Shown here one piece after another: positions 23,515-35,420 of a DNA stretch of 64,000 nucleotides. Position 1 is the stretch's first letter, and each line of letters begins with the position of its first letter. The DNA is taken from positions 434,001-498,000 of the forward strand of contig CM052820.1 of assembly GCA_028534125.1 (NCBI GenBank). Reading direction: 5' to 3'. The notes under the pieces are model-generated. The model did not search any database. It saw nothing but the letters and a program-made list of their open reading frames with translations, and was not told the DNA's origin. The DNA is from Lama glama (Eukaryota). Made by a program: the position numbers and the translations under genes.

Positions 23515-23587
23515 CTCACACACGATGACGAAGGCCAGGCAGACGGCTGGGGAGCGGTGTCCCGCATCCTCCCTGGAAGCCTGGCAC
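23515..23587 (-). pseudogene. ANO7: ANO7 remnant 21 CQASREDAGHRSPAVCLAFVIVCE
   Basis: AG/GT; about 18 nt (YWxLLA) missing. Confidence 0.85.
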
Positions 23588-24069
23588 CTGCAGGGGACGT
23601 GGGGCTCCGGGCGCCAGATGCGCCTCTCAGCTTCCTCGCCGCCTCCCTCACCCGTCCTGAGATTCTGGGCCTGGCTCACCACTGAGGGTGTGTGAAGTGG
23701 ACAATGTTCCCAAACAGGCTGCTCTGACAGCACCTTCAGCTTTACCTTGTTGGGGTTTCAAACAGGTAGATGGGCTGGACTGTAACTGAGCCCCACAGTG
23801 GCAAACGCCTCATTATCTGGTAGGTGTGACAGTCCCATAAGTCCGTGCTCCAACAGGTAATGTCAACCCACTTAAACCATGAAAGTGTGCCTTCACGGGA
23901 CCAGCGGCCACTCTGCCAGACACTGCCCACCCGCCCGCCCAGGGAGCTGCCCAACTGTCACAGCGTGACATTGGGCTTTGCTGCTGTCCGTGTTGCAGGA
24001 AGGTGTGACGTTCCATTTTGTGCCATAGACTTACACGTTGCACTCCTTGGAGAGCATTACCGGGACCAA

Positions 24070-25820
24070 GTTTGCAAGAAAAAAAAACAAAAAATCTTGA
24101 AAATAAAAAATACCATCATTGAGAAAAACTCCTCAGCAAGCAGGGTAAACTTTAAGTGGCTAACTAGACACAGCAGAGCACCATGGGAGCCGGGGACAGT
24201 CATGAAGTCGCCCTGCATGCACAGAGGGTCACAGAGATCAAAAGGCAAAAGCACTCCAGACAGGTGGAGACATGAGGAGGCCCCAGCAGACAGGGACTTC
24301 TGGAAGGGAGGCTGGAAGGGAGTGTGGAGAAGCATGTTTGAAGGAATAAAATGAGTTGTTTCTAGAACAAAAGAAGAAATCACTCCAGAGCAACAGCACA
24401 TTGAGTCTCAGCGAGAAACTTCTGAAAAGAACCGAATCTGTTGGTGATGCGGATCAAAGGAAATGAGAAAAAACTTAAATGCTACAAATGCCTCTGGCAA
24501 GAAAAGCCATGTCACAAAAGAGTAATATTTAGAAGGAGCCTAGGGAAAATATCCCTTAACCCAGAATTTCATACCTGCTACTTGGAGAACAAAGATGGAA
24601 ATATTTTCAGACATGTAAAAACGAACATACATGTGAGTTCACCAGCCACAACATTCCTATAAGAGCTACTAAAGGATCAACTTCAGAAAGAAGAAAAACG
24701 AACCCAGAGGGACAGCAATGCCTAAGAAGCTAGTGTAGCCACAGACGTTAATAAAATATACCAAAGAGTTGGGATTCACAAATGACTGAAAATGTTTTGG
24801 TGTGTTTTTCTAATAGTAAAGTTAAAATTAAGAAGGCTGACGTAGTGGATATGTGTAGAACCTTGCTCCAAAATCAATAAAGATCCTAAGCTCACCTGAA
24901 ACATGCAAAAGTCTATTGTGACCACATCATAAAGGAAGACTCATCGAATGAGAGACTTACATCACATCAACTCCCCCCTCTCCCCCCAAGTAATTCAGAC
25001 CAAAGTCAATGATTTTTTTTTGGTAGCATATCAGTGTTTTCCAAGTTGAAAATCTTTTAATGATTCATTCTTCAGTGACTCATGTAACACCAGGAATTAA
25101 ACACTAACATTTTCATGACTATCATAGATTAATTATTCTGATGGTAAATAACTGTTCTCTAGGGTAAAAAAAAAATACAATGTAAATCACAAATATTTTA
25201 AAACTAGAGGACACGGATGAGTCAAAACAAGGATACAATTTACCAAGAATGATCTAGAAGTGGAAATTTGATATAAAAATGATCTCAGAGCCAATCAGAA
25301 AGGTAAGGATTTATAGCTGAAATGTCATTAAGGTCAGATATAAAGATTCCTACATTAATGGTGTTTTAAGTAGCAAAAAGGAGAAACTCCACCTGTTTGA
25401 GAACTTAGTCTTCTAAATAATTAATGGATAAATAGGCAAATCACAATTGGAGTGATGAAATATTTCAGAAGTAAAGGAAAGAAGTATTAAGTGGAACGGA
25501 GGTTTTAAGCAGTACATTCAAATAAATGTATAGACAAAAATTTGTTTATTAAAGCCCAAGAAGGTCTGAAAACAAATGAGTCAACTCCAGAAAATTGCTT
25601 TTTAAGAGGAAAGAAAGGATAGAAACTATCTGGAAAGAAAGTAGGGCCACAGCTACAAGAACAGGAGAGCCTAAGAAAATCGTGAGAGTATGACGCGCAC
25701 GTTTGTGTCACTGCGCCCTAAAGCTCATTTGAAACAGTCTTCTGCGAGAAGTAAGTACCAGAACTGACTCGGAAAGAAACAGGAAAAGGAAAGAAGCCTG
25801 GACCCATGAAAAGAACGGGG
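24070..25820 (+). mobile_element. Old L1M ORF1/ORF2 fragments in an ANO7 intron
   Basis: A-rich block in GC-rich surroundings, ORF1-like motifs (AACCCAGAATTTCATACC); limits approximate. Confidence 0.65.
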
Positions 25821-26006
25821 CTGGTACTCACGGCCCCTACCCGCACCACCGCGGTCCCCGGGGTCCCCGCACGGCGGGGTCCCCGAGGCGGGAAAGGGGC
25901 GCGGGCCCCGCAGGCTGTGCCCCCGCCCCGCCCTCCCCCCGGGCCCCGCCCCGCCCCGCCCTCCCGCGGCTCCTCGCGTCCCCGGGCCGCGCCCCGCCCG
26001 CCTCCC

Positions 26007-26147
26007 CTGCACGCGGCGTGTGCGCGGCCGCGAGGGCGGCCGGGCGCGCGCCAGCGTGAACCTGACGCAGCGGCGCAGGGCGCGGGCGCTGGTCCGGCCG
26101 GAGGGGGCGCGCGGCGGGAAGTCGCACAACAAGGCCGGCAGGGAGGC
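26007..26147 (-). pseudogene. ANO7: ANO7 remnant 20 ASLPALLCDFPPRA...FTLARA
   Basis: Frameshifted 3' half; donor reads GGGAGG. Confidence 0.85.
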
Positions 26148-26222
26148 CTGGGCGGTCTGCGGGTCAGCGCCCCTCCCCGCCCGACCCCGCGCAGTCGCCG
26201 GGCCCCGCCCCAGCGCGCTCAC

Positions 26223-26384
26223 GTTGCCGGTGACCGCCAGGTGCGTGACGCCCGCCAGGACGTGAACCCAGACGCCGGCGCTCGCAGACGAACCTCAGCG
26301 CGTCCACCCAGTTGTTGAGCGGAGCGAAGAGCGGCGCGAGCGGGCGGGCGGCCACGAAGATGGTGATGAAGCCGAGCTGCAGCG
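26223..26384 (-). pseudogene. ANO7: ANO7 remnant 19 LQLGFITIFVAARPLAPLFAPLNNWVDA / VLAGVTHLAVTGN
   Basis: 162 nt, out of phase; EIRL and RPVAERAQDI segments missing. Confidence 0.9.
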
Positions 26385-27667
26385 CTGCGGCGGACGCGAA
26401 CAGTGTCACCCACCGCCAGGACCCTCCGCCGGCCGCGGCCCGCGAACCATGACTCCTGCCCGCCCGGCTTCAGCTGGTGGTAAGGGCCACCCGCGCCTGC
26501 AACCGATGGCCAACAGTGCCCACCGTAAACCCTGACATCGCTTTTCCGGGAGCCCTTGGGAGCACCCCTGCCCATCAGCAGGGTCCCAGCCTCTGGTCAC
26601 TCCTGCAGACTCAGCTGCAGGGCCCCTTCCCTCAGGAAGCCTCCCCTGACTGCTCTCACAGAGCTGGATGCGTTTCTGGCTGGACATTCAGCCTCCTTAT
26701 GTAACTGTCCTCTCCGGTGCTTGGCCCACCCTGTGGGCTCCTGGCAGGAGCGACAACAGAACCTGCTTCCGACATTAGGGCTGATTTTAGGAAATGGCTC
26801 CTTGAAAGGACGTAAAATTCCTAAGGAAAACATCAGGTCCCATTGCCTGTTGTCCAATGGAGTGGAGACACAAGGTCCACCCCATGCACGTTATCATGGA
26901 AAAGCGTGTGTCTCCCTTGTGAACTCTTCTGCCCCCTGTCATCCATAGAACAATGCAGCTACTGTCACCCTTTTTGCTTTGGCTGCCAGGGAGCTCAGGG
27001 CAATGCATTGGCTTAGGTGCAGCCCTTCAGATTAAGAGTGTGCCATCATTCTTTCTCCTCTGTTATCGAAGAGTAAGACCCTGGCTGCAGGGACTGGTGT
27101 CTACACTGGGCACAGACCCTGCCCTCAAAAAGTGCAATTGCCCCATGTGGGGAACAGCCCCTACCTGGCAAGAACACGTGCTGAGGGTCAGCCAAGAGTG
27201 TGGGCATCGAGAAACTGTCTAGAGAATATCAGCTCCCCAGGCCTATCGCCTCCCAGGTGTAGCCTTGCCTCTCGGGGTTCCTTAGCCCCCAGGGCCTGAG
27301 CACCCCACTTCTCACTCCCTACAGGAGGCTCTGGCCCAGGCTTTCCTGGGTAGGGGAGATTAAGGCCACTGCAAGAAAGCCCCATCAACTGGCCCCAGGT
27401 CTTTTTCCAAACCCTTGTGCCCAGGGTGCTGCCCCTTCCTGCCCTCAGCCAACCTTTCTTGAGCACTCCCCACTCTGGCCTCCTCAACTCCTTTCCTGAT
27501 CTTTGTGGGCCTTACTCCACCAGGGAACCTCTGTCATGCTCACCCCTACAATCATGCTTCAAGGTAGATGAAGACAGGAATGCTGAGGCTGAAAGCCTTT
27601 CGGGTGTGTGGCTGCCCCTCCCACCCACGGTGATAGCCACGGCTGCCGCCACCACTAGGGCGCCTAC

Positions 27668-27813
27668 CCATCCCTAGATATTCGTCAAACAGGTCCTCGC
27701 AGGGTAGAAGTTTGTAGTCCGCCTCCCAGGGCACCTGGCCAGCCACCATGGAAGCCCCCACCCTCCTCTTCTTGGAGCGGAGCCAGAATTTCTGCCACCA
27801 GTCCTCTAGCTTC
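27668..27813 (-). pseudogene. ANO7: ANO7 remnant 18 KLEDWWQKFWLRSKKR...LFDEYLGM
   Basis: AG/GT, 146 nt; conserved EYLEM reads EYLGM. Confidence 0.92.
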
Positions 27814-28904
27814 CTGGAGACAGAGCACCCAGGGAAATGCCCCCGTTCTAACAAGTCAGGTCCTGGGCACCCTGCAAGTAAAGGGCACCAGGAGGAGGAG
27901 GGCCTGGGGCCACTGGGCAGGCAGAGCGAGGGGCGACGCTTCGGCCCTCTGGGGCATCACCTCCCCCAGCAACCCTGCAGTGCCCTCAGGAAAGTCTGCC
28001 TCACTCACAGGAGATCTGGGGACAACTGATCCCTCCTGGAAACTGCAAAGAGGTGTCAAGAGCTGCGTCAAGCTTGGGAGGGAGGGAGGAAGGGAGTAGA
28101 TGAGGACAGTGGGGCTCATGGTATTACTTCCCCATGCTGCCGCTCGTCCAGCGACACCCTGCACTTTGGAATCCTGAACTCAGCTTCCCAACACCACCTG
28201 CCCTGAGAGTCAGGGCCATGCCCAGTGAGGGCACATGGCTTGGCCAAGGTCCCACAGCTACCGTCTGAGGTTCCCCCGGGGAGTCGCCAAGGAGCTGCCA
28301 TCACGGGAGATCAGGTGTGGAGAGAGATGGTGGAGGGCATCCAGCCTCCGGCCAGATAAGAAACCACGCCTGGGCAGGCCATTGAAGGCTCTGGCCTAGG
28401 ACAGGGTCCTAGTTGCCTTGACTGGGGCCACAGTGGTGCCAGTGGGTGGCACTGGGGAGTTGGGACCCCAGTGGTCTGGGTATTTCTGTTAGGGCAGGTG
28501 AAACCAGGGGCCTCCCCTTGCTCCTCCCTCTAGTGTTGTGCTGGGGCCAAAAAACTCGATGGTTCATCCACAGCAGGCTGCAGACAGGATGGACTGGCAT
28601 GGATGGGACAGGGCCCAGGAACCCAGGCTTCCTCCCCTCCAAAGTTATCCCCGGGGCGAGAGAACTCAGTAAGTGTCTGCAGCAACTCTGTAGTGTGGGG
28701 GCATCATAGATCCTGCGGGGCAGGTGGCTGGGGCAGAGCCTCCCCTACATTGCACATGAGTCGCTGAGGTCCACGAGGGGCCAGACCTTCCTTCTGTCCA
28801 ACCTCTTCTCCCAGCTGGGGCTGGACTGGGGCTGCTGCCCCAGACACTCCCGGGTCCCACAGTCCCTGGATGCTTCCCAGAGCGGGGTGGGGTGGGTGAT
28901 TCAC

Positions 28905-29002
28905 GGAACAAGAATCTCCTGCACGTTGTTGATGATCTGCTTTCCCACTGTGATGACCAGGAGCTCCTGTGCCAACTCAATGAGGCAGCCTCCAGCTACA
29001 CA
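28905..29002 (-). pseudogene. ANO7: ANO7 remnant 17 CVAGGCLIELAQELLVITVGKQIINNVQEILVP
   Basis: AG/GT, 98 nt, open. Confidence 0.92.
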
Positions 29003-29479
29003 CTGCAGCATCAGGGCCTCAGATTAGCTTGTGGGAGGGACCAACCTCATGTCCACCCAGCTGTCTCTAGGCCTCAAAGGTGGCCCCCACCATGCCCTCA
29101 TCGCCTTTTCAGACATGCAACAGGCACCTTGAGGATGGCCGAAACCCTCCCGCCTTCCTCCCTCTTCCCTATCTCACTCAAGCCCCCTCCCCAAGCCTTC
29201 CCCAGGACCAACTGGCAGGCTGTGCATGGGAGTGACCAGAGGCACTATCGTATGGCACCCTGGGTTCTTTTTGGGAACCAACGGGTCAAGCCTAGCCTCT
29301 GGCTCAAGAGAGGACCCAAGATGCAGGCCTCAACAGTGACTTGGTCGAGCCAGTGAGGGATGGGCCTGGGCTTTCAGGGGGAGCTCGTGGGGCAGCATGC
29401 CTTGCAAGGGGGTACCAAGCTAAAGGGTGTCATCCACTGCTACTGGGATGTCAGCCCACACTGCAGGATGTCTTCCCTA

Positions 29480-29665
29480 CCAGGTGAGGAGAACCTGCCC
29501 GAGAGCACAGCCAATGCTGGGGAAAGCAGCGCAACATTGTTTAAACACCTGGATCTAGCCGTACCTGAGTCCACAGGGCCCTGTATTTCCAATACGGGAG
29601 CCAATGAAATTCATTTTTGCTTAAGCCACTTTGAGTTGGGAACTTTTCCCACTGATAACTGAAGG
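29480..29665 (+). mobile_element. MaLR MLT1(J-like) LTR fragment
   Basis: CACCTGGATCTAGCCGTACCTGA...GAGCCAATGAAATTCATTTTTGCTTAAGCCACTTTGAGTTGGG. Confidence 0.65.
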
Positions 29666-30620
29666 CTGCCGGGCTGATGTGCATCGTGTGCAGTCATGGC
29701 CCTGAGTTGTGGTCCCATCTGCCCTGTCCCTAGAAAGCCCCTCCCCTCTTGTGGGAAAATGGAGAGTGTCCCTTGGGGGCAGCCACTCTGCAGGCAGCTG
29801 TCAGGCTGGGTCACAACCCAGACCCATGGGAGGTTGCTGTTCTCCCTCCTTCTTCATCAAAAAGAAGAGGGTCTTTGAGGTGAGGTGCTCAGCAGGAGCT
29901 GTTGGACCCCCACCTGTGTCCCCTTGGCCAAGCCCAGAGGCCACTTGTGGACTATTCCAGACACAGCCACTCATGCTGCCTCAGGGCGAGCCTGGCCCTC
30001 CGCCAGTGAGGAACCAGATGAACCGGGACAATCTGGGGGGTTTTCTACAGTGTCTCAGAGAGTCTGCGCAGGGTTGAGCCCACACGTCCTCAACGGCGGC
30101 CCCGCACTTAAGTGCTCGCAGGTGCACCTCCTCCTGCCATCCTCCTCCGTTTGCATGCTTCCCGGGGTGACACCTCCACCAATTATGCGCACTCCAGTCT
30201 GTTGGGGTCAGCTTTGGGGGCACCCCACACACAGTGATGCTTCGTTCTGCACAGAAGCAGCTTCTGCTTCTTGAAAAAGCAGGCTCACACCTGGCTCTCA
30301 GAGCTGCTGGGCCACGCAAGGGAGCCTGCTGTGCTGGCGGGGGTGGAGGGGGCCAGCCCGGGAGACGCTGAGCCCCGGAAGGGCCGCCAGCCCCTGCACG
30401 CAGTGTGCCAGCCGAGTTCGCGGCAGCGGCATTGCCTCACGGTCCACCCCGATGACTGGAGCTCCGCTCAGGTGGGAATCGGGAGCCTCTGGGGACACGC
30501 GGATTGTGAGTGTTTTGTGGACGGCTGCGAGGGGGCAGAAGCCGTGCGAGGAGGCCGGCGTGGCGGTCCTAGGGGGCAGGAAGGGCCGTCAGCGGCTAGG
30601 GCCGGTCTCCGCGGGCTCAC

Positions 30621-30675
30621 CGCCTGGTTGCGGACCCCAAGCAGGATGTGGCCGTTGCCCGGATAGCCCACGAAC
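30621..30675 (-). pseudogene. ANO7: ANO7 remnant 16 FVGYPGNGHILLGVRNQA
   Basis: AG/GTGAG, 55 nt. Confidence 0.9.
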
Positions 30676-30699
30676 CTGGGGGAGAATCAAGGTCCAGAG

Positions 30700-30990
30700 G
30701 CAGCGCGTGACCAGCCCCGCCTGACGTCGGGCCGCGCTCGCCGCACCTGTGCTCCCGCGGCCACCCGGAGACCACCTGGCGAAGCGCGAAGCGGGGCGGG
30801 GCCTGGGGTGGGCGGAGACAGATGGGGGGAGGTGGCCCGGCGGCGTGGGGGCGTGGCCAAGGCGGGTCGCGCGGGTAGGGCGTGGCTGAGGTGTGGGGGC
30901 GTGGCCGGATAGGTCGTGGAGGGGCGGGGCGGGATGTAGCTTGGGGCGGGGCAGGGCGGGTCGCTCCGAGGGCGGGGCCCAGGGCGCTGA
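30700..30990. promoter_or_regulatory. CpG island with clustered Sp/KLF-type GGGCGG and GGGCGTGG boxes
   Basis: About 10 such boxes in 200 bp; TGACGTCG CRE-like site at 30722. Confidence 0.65.
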
Positions 30991-30991
30991 C

Positions 30992-31091
30992 CTGCCCTTG
31001 CAGAAGGCGATGCAGATGGGCCAGGAGCAGGAGTTGATGAACACCTCGAGGGGGAAGGCGTCCTCGAACTTGGTCTGGGTCCGATGCATCT
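30992..31091 (-). pseudogene. ANO7: ANO7 remnant 15 MHRTQTKFEDAFPLEVFINSCSWPICIAFCKGR
   Basis: AG/GT; lacks the anoctamin FQFV (12-nt deletion). Confidence 0.92.
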
Positions 31092-31182
31092 CTGTGGCAC
31101 AGCGAGATCCCGTCGTAAGACCACCTCACCCATGCAGAGATGGGGAAAAGGTCCGGATATTCTAAAGAAATTCTTTCAAGAA

Positions 31183-31964
31183 AAAATGCTCAATATCACT
31201 AATTATCAGAGAAATGCAAATCAAAACTACAATGAGGTATCACCTCACACCAGTCAGAATGGCCGTCATTCAAAAATCCAAAAATGACAAATGCTGGAGA
31301 GGCTGTGGAGAAAGGGGAACCCTCCNNNNNNNNNNNNNNNNNNNNNNNNNNNNNNNNNNNNNNNNNNNNNNNNNNNNNNNNNNNNNNNNNNNNNNNNNNN
31401 NNNNNNNNNNNNNNNNNNNNNNNNNNNNNNNNNNNNNNNNNNNNNNNNNNNNNNNNNNNNNNNNNNNNNNNNNNNNNNNNNNNNNNNNNNNNNNNNNNNN
31501 NNNNNNNNNNNNNNNNNNNNNNNNNNNNNNNNNNNNNNNNNNNNNNNNNNNNNNNNNNNNNNNNNNNNNNNNNNNNNNNNNNNNNNNNNNNNNNNNNNNN
31601 NNNNNNNNNNNNNNNNNNNNNNNNNNNNNNNNNNNNNNNNNNNNNNNNNNNNNNNNNNNNNNNNNNNNNNNNNNNNNNNNNNNNNNNNNNNNNNNNNNNN
31701 NNNNNNNNNNNNNNNNNNNNNNNNNNNNNNNNNNNNNNNNNNNNNNNNNNNNNNNNNNNNNNNNNNNNNNNNNNNNNNNNNNNNNNNNNNNNNNNNNNNN
31801 NNNNNNNNNNNNNNNNNNNNNNNNNAGACTTGTGGTTACCAGGGGGGTAGAGGGTGGGAAGGGATAGACTGGGATTTCAAAATTGTAGAATAGATAAACA
31901 AGATTACACTGTATAGCACAGGGAAATATACACAAAATGTTATGATAAATCACAGAGAAAAAAA
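31183..31964 (+). mobile_element. Young 5'-truncated LINE-1 (ORF2 C-terminus + 3'UTR) spanning the gap
   Basis: [37 protein letters not shown]; identical 19-bp flanks AAAGAAATTCTTTCAAGAA at 31164-31182 and 31965-31983. Confidence 0.93.
31326..31825. other. Assembly gap (500 N)
   Basis: Run of 500 N inside the L1. Confidence 1.
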
Positions 31965-32740
31965 AAAGAAATTCTTTCAAGAAGGGGCAACGTGTGGCAT
32001 TCCTGGATTTCTTACCTCAAAACCATCTAAAAACGTTCTGTCGGTAAAGGAGGAACTGGGGCAAGAGATTCTAGGAAGTCACATGATGTAGCTCAGTGGG
32101 GCAGACAGGGCATAGTTGTGGGGGCCTGGGCAGTGGAGGTGCCCAGGAAGCAGGTGCTGAGATGGAGGTGGGAGCATCAAAGGTTAACCGGAGGTAGCAC
32201 CTGAGACCAGAAAAGGGGGACACAGCCCCACTTGCAGGAACACTGAGTGGCTCCCCCAGGGCCCTGTCCCTGGGTCCCCTCACCTGGAGCCTCTCCCTGG
32301 GCACCCACCCACCTCCCACTGCCCCCCTCCATTTTGTCTGCAGAATGCTGCCCACCCCACCCTCCTCCCTAGGTGTGCTCTGAGCTCTGTCCCTCTCCTA
32401 GACCAGGACTGCAGTTTGTGGGATGGATGGATTGGCTCATCAGAACTCGTCCTTAGGAAATGGAAAGGGGTCTGAGGAAGGTGTGGTGAGGCAGGCGAAG
32501 AGGGGGAAAGAGAGGACTCACCTGCGAGGGGCAAGGATTCCTGTTGACCCAGGGTGAGGCCTGGAGTACCCAGGAGGGCCACTTCCTCTCCCGCCATCAA
32601 GGCCCTGCTCACTGCTATTGGAGGGACTTTTGGGGGTGGATGTGACATGTCCCATCTGGGCCTCGTTCAGACATGAAATAAGTCGTGTTCTGATGTGATG
32701 CAGCTGGGCTGGGTCAGTGCCAGCCAGCCTCGGCACTCAC

Positions 32741-32849
32741 CCCATTTTGTCAGGACATGGGCCAGGGCCACGGCCACATAGGTCTTGGAGAGGATGAGGG
32801 TGAAGATGAGGTTCAGGATGGACCCCATGAGGCTGGTGATGCATGACGA
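32741..32849 (-). pseudogene. ANO7: ANO7 remnant 14 SSCITSLMGSILNLIFTLILSKTYVAVALAHVLTKW
   Basis: AG/GTGAGT; in-frame 6-nt duplication GTGGCC. Confidence 0.9.
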
Positions 32850-32940
32850 CTGAGGAGAGATGGCAGGTCAGAGCAGGGTGACAGGGGGTGGGGGGACCAC
32901 AGCCCCACCCACCCAGCAGGAGCAGACAGTGGAAGCTCAC

Positions 32941-33039
32941 CCAGGCTGTGAGGAGCGTGTTGTTTGACCTGGACACCAGGATGGCCAGGATGGCCCTGTA
33001 CAGGATGACGGACACCAGGCACATGACCACCACGGCCAC
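32941..33039 (-). pseudogene. ANO7: ANO7 remnant 13 VAVVVMCLVSVILYRAIL...LTAW
   Basis: AG/GT, 99 nt, open. Confidence 0.92.
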
Positions 33040-33709
33040 CTGCGGGCAGCCAGATGCCTGAGCCGCCGTGCTGCTGTCCTGGCACCCCAGCACCCTCAGG
33101 CCACAGCACCCACAGCAGTACCACCACTGCTGCGTGTCTAGACCAGGCTGTGCTCCGTGCCTCCTCTTGCTGGGGTTGCGGGGCAGTGCAGCATGGTGGG
33201 CAGGGAGAGGTGGGGAAGGGTGGTCATTTAGAATTAGAGATGGGCAACATTTGGGTGTCAAAGGGCCCCTGTGCATTGTTAGCCCCAGGTGCTAGAGAAC
33301 CCACCCCACTGGCTCACCAGCCCCAAATGGGGAATTCCTGACATCTTGGAAGGGGAGGGAGTGGGTCAGTTAGGAAGCCTCTAGGGCTGGAGGGCAAGGC
33401 AGGGTGTGAGGGGCCCCTGTGCTGGGATTGCCCCCCCATCTTGAAGGATGCCCAAGCCCACAGCTGGAGAAGCCTTCCCAGAGGCCCCTGTCCAACACAC
33501 ACCCACCTCTTACCACCCGGACCCCTAACTTGGCTGCAGGCTTTTCCCCCTCCCTGGAGCCCAGGTAATGGGGGCCCTTCTGGTGACAGCAAGGGTCTTG
33601 TGGCTCCCAGAGGAAGCATGAGGAGGATGGGAAGGAGGACACAAGCTGACCCCTGAGGCTCAGGAGGACAGAGGCATGGGGGGCGGGGAGGGCAGTGGCG
33701 ACCCCTCAC

Positions 33710-33846
33710 CATCGTCATGACCACCACGGAGCCGGCCAGCACCGGCACAGGCGGCTCCTCTTGGGGAAGTAGGGCTCGTCCTCACCGGCGGTGGGGCTCA
33801 GGGCTGTTGTGGGAGCTGAGGCGGCCACCTGAGGCCACGGCCTCTC
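33710..33846 (-). pseudogene. ANO7: ANO7 remnant 12 ERPWPQVAASAP...GEDEPYFP / VLAGSVVVMTM
   Basis: AG/GTGAG, 137 nt; -1 frameshift. Confidence 0.9.
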
Positions 33847-33905
33847 CTGGAGGGAAGCCAGTGCTCAGCGGGGGTGCGCGCTCCGTGAGCGACCAGACCA
33901 CCCAC

Positions 33906-34053
33906 CACGATGTCCTCACGGTTGGAGCAGCCCCAGGGGTGGGCCTGCATGGTGCTCTTGCACTCCAGCATCCCAAGAGGACACGGCCCACAGCGCCATG
34001 AACAGGCTGAAGAAGACGGTGCCACCATGGTCGTGGTCCAAGGGCTGGCCAGC
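33906..34053 (-). pseudogene. ANO7: ANO7 remnant 11 AGQPLDHDHGGTVFFSLFMALWAV / KSTMQAHPWGCSNREDI
   Basis: 6-nt duplication plus two apparent 1-nt deletions. Confidence 0.9.
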
Positions 34054-34149
34054 CTGTGGGCGGGGCGGGGAGGGGGGGTTCTGGCTCATTTGGGGCTGGT
34101 GGCCCCTGCACTCCCTCCCTGTCCTCCCTTTAGGGATGGCCCCGCCTGG

Positions 34150-34845
34150 TCTGTGTCTGCCCATCATTGTGTTTCGGCAGCAGGTGACTTGTTCCCTGGC
34201 ACAGGTAGAGAAGATGTCGCCCCAGGAGGGCCCATAGCCAGTCCCACCCGCACCTGACTTAGACGATGCAGATGAAATTTGAGACTTCTGAGTTGTCGGT
34301 ATCTAGGTGAGATTTTGGACTTAGAGTTGATGCTGCAGTGGGTGAGACTTCAGGGACACTGGGTTGGGGGTGAATGTATTTTGCACATGGATGGATATGA
34401 AGTTTTGGGGGCCAGAGGGTGGACTGTAGTGAATTGAACTATGGGCTCCCCAAAGATGCGTCCACCTGGGACCTCAGAATATAATGCTATTTGGAAGGAG
34501 GGCCTCCGCATGTGTAATTAGGATAAGGCTCTCTAGATGAGCACACCCTGGATTAGGGGAGGGTCGAAACCCAATGACACAGAAGAGGAAACAGACACAG
34601 AGACACGTCGAGGGAGGGGCCACACGAAGATGGAGGCAGCAGGGGGAGTGACGCAGCCCCGGACCAGGGAACAGGAGGATCCCTGGCAGCGACCAGGAAC
34701 CAGGGGGCGTCACGGACCCGGTTTTCCAGAAGAAGCCAGCCCTGACACCACCTCAGTGTTCGACTCTGACCTTCAGAATTGTGAGAAAACCGCTTTGTTG
34801 TGCTAGGGCCCCCCTTTTGTGACAATGTGTTACAGCAGGCCTAGG
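34150..34845 (+). mobile_element. MaLR MLT1 internal 3' end + purine tract + 3' LTR (LTR from 34425)
   Basis: TTTTGGGGGCCAGAGGGTGGAC|TGTAGTG junction; ACCTCAGAATATAATGCTATTTGGA; GTTACAGCAG near the end. Confidence 0.75.
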
Positions 34846-35324
34846 TCCCCAGGAGTGCGGCAGGGGGGCGTCTGTCTGTGGGTCTGTCCTGGCAGCAGGG
34901 CTCCAGGCCTGTGTGTGGGGCATGCTGGCAAGGCCGCTGTTCCCATGGAGACGACGACACACCGCGCGGTGCCCGGGGCTCAAGGACTCCAGGGAGCCGC
35001 CCGTCCCGGCCTCTTGAGTTGGGAGCTCTGCGCAGCCCGTCTGTGCCCGAGAGGTCTGCCTGCCCTGGGCCCCCAGCTGACCTTGGCCAGCCACACGCAA
35101 TAGCACAGTCATAGTGAGAGTGAGGAGCGGGCGTCTCCTGGCGCAGGCCCTCCGCTGAGCGCCGCGCCGTGCTGGCCAGTCGTGGCCCGGGGTTGGGGGG
35201 CATGGTGCCGTGGGGGTTACGTCACTCACAGGGGGCTTGCCTTTGACAGGGACCGAGCTGGGGGTGCAGGCAGGGCAGGACCCAACCCGGGGGAGCTGCC
35301 GCTCTCACTTTGGCCCCCTCGTGC

Positions 35325-35420
35325 CTGGACCAGGGCACAGGCGCTGGAGAGCAGCCAGAAAGGGCAATCATGGCAGAGCAGGCACATCTGGAAGCTGCCC
35401 TGCTGCCACACAGCTCCTGC
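35325..35420 (-). pseudogene. ANO7: ANO7 remnant 10 QELCGS / GSFQMCLLCHDCPFWLLSSACALVQ
   Basis: -1 frameshift; GC donor. Confidence 0.9.

Larger units (their letters stand above)
25830..26460. promoter_or_regulatory. Intragenic CpG island with GC boxes
   Basis: Very high CpG and G+C, repeated CCCCGCCCC. Confidence 0.75.

Noticed and set aside
26640-27200. Possible LTR/MER repeat
   Set aside because: Looks repeat-like, but no termini, TSD or family could be identified
31214-31980. ORFs of about 190-240 aa
   Set aside because: Artefacts of translating the 500-N gap
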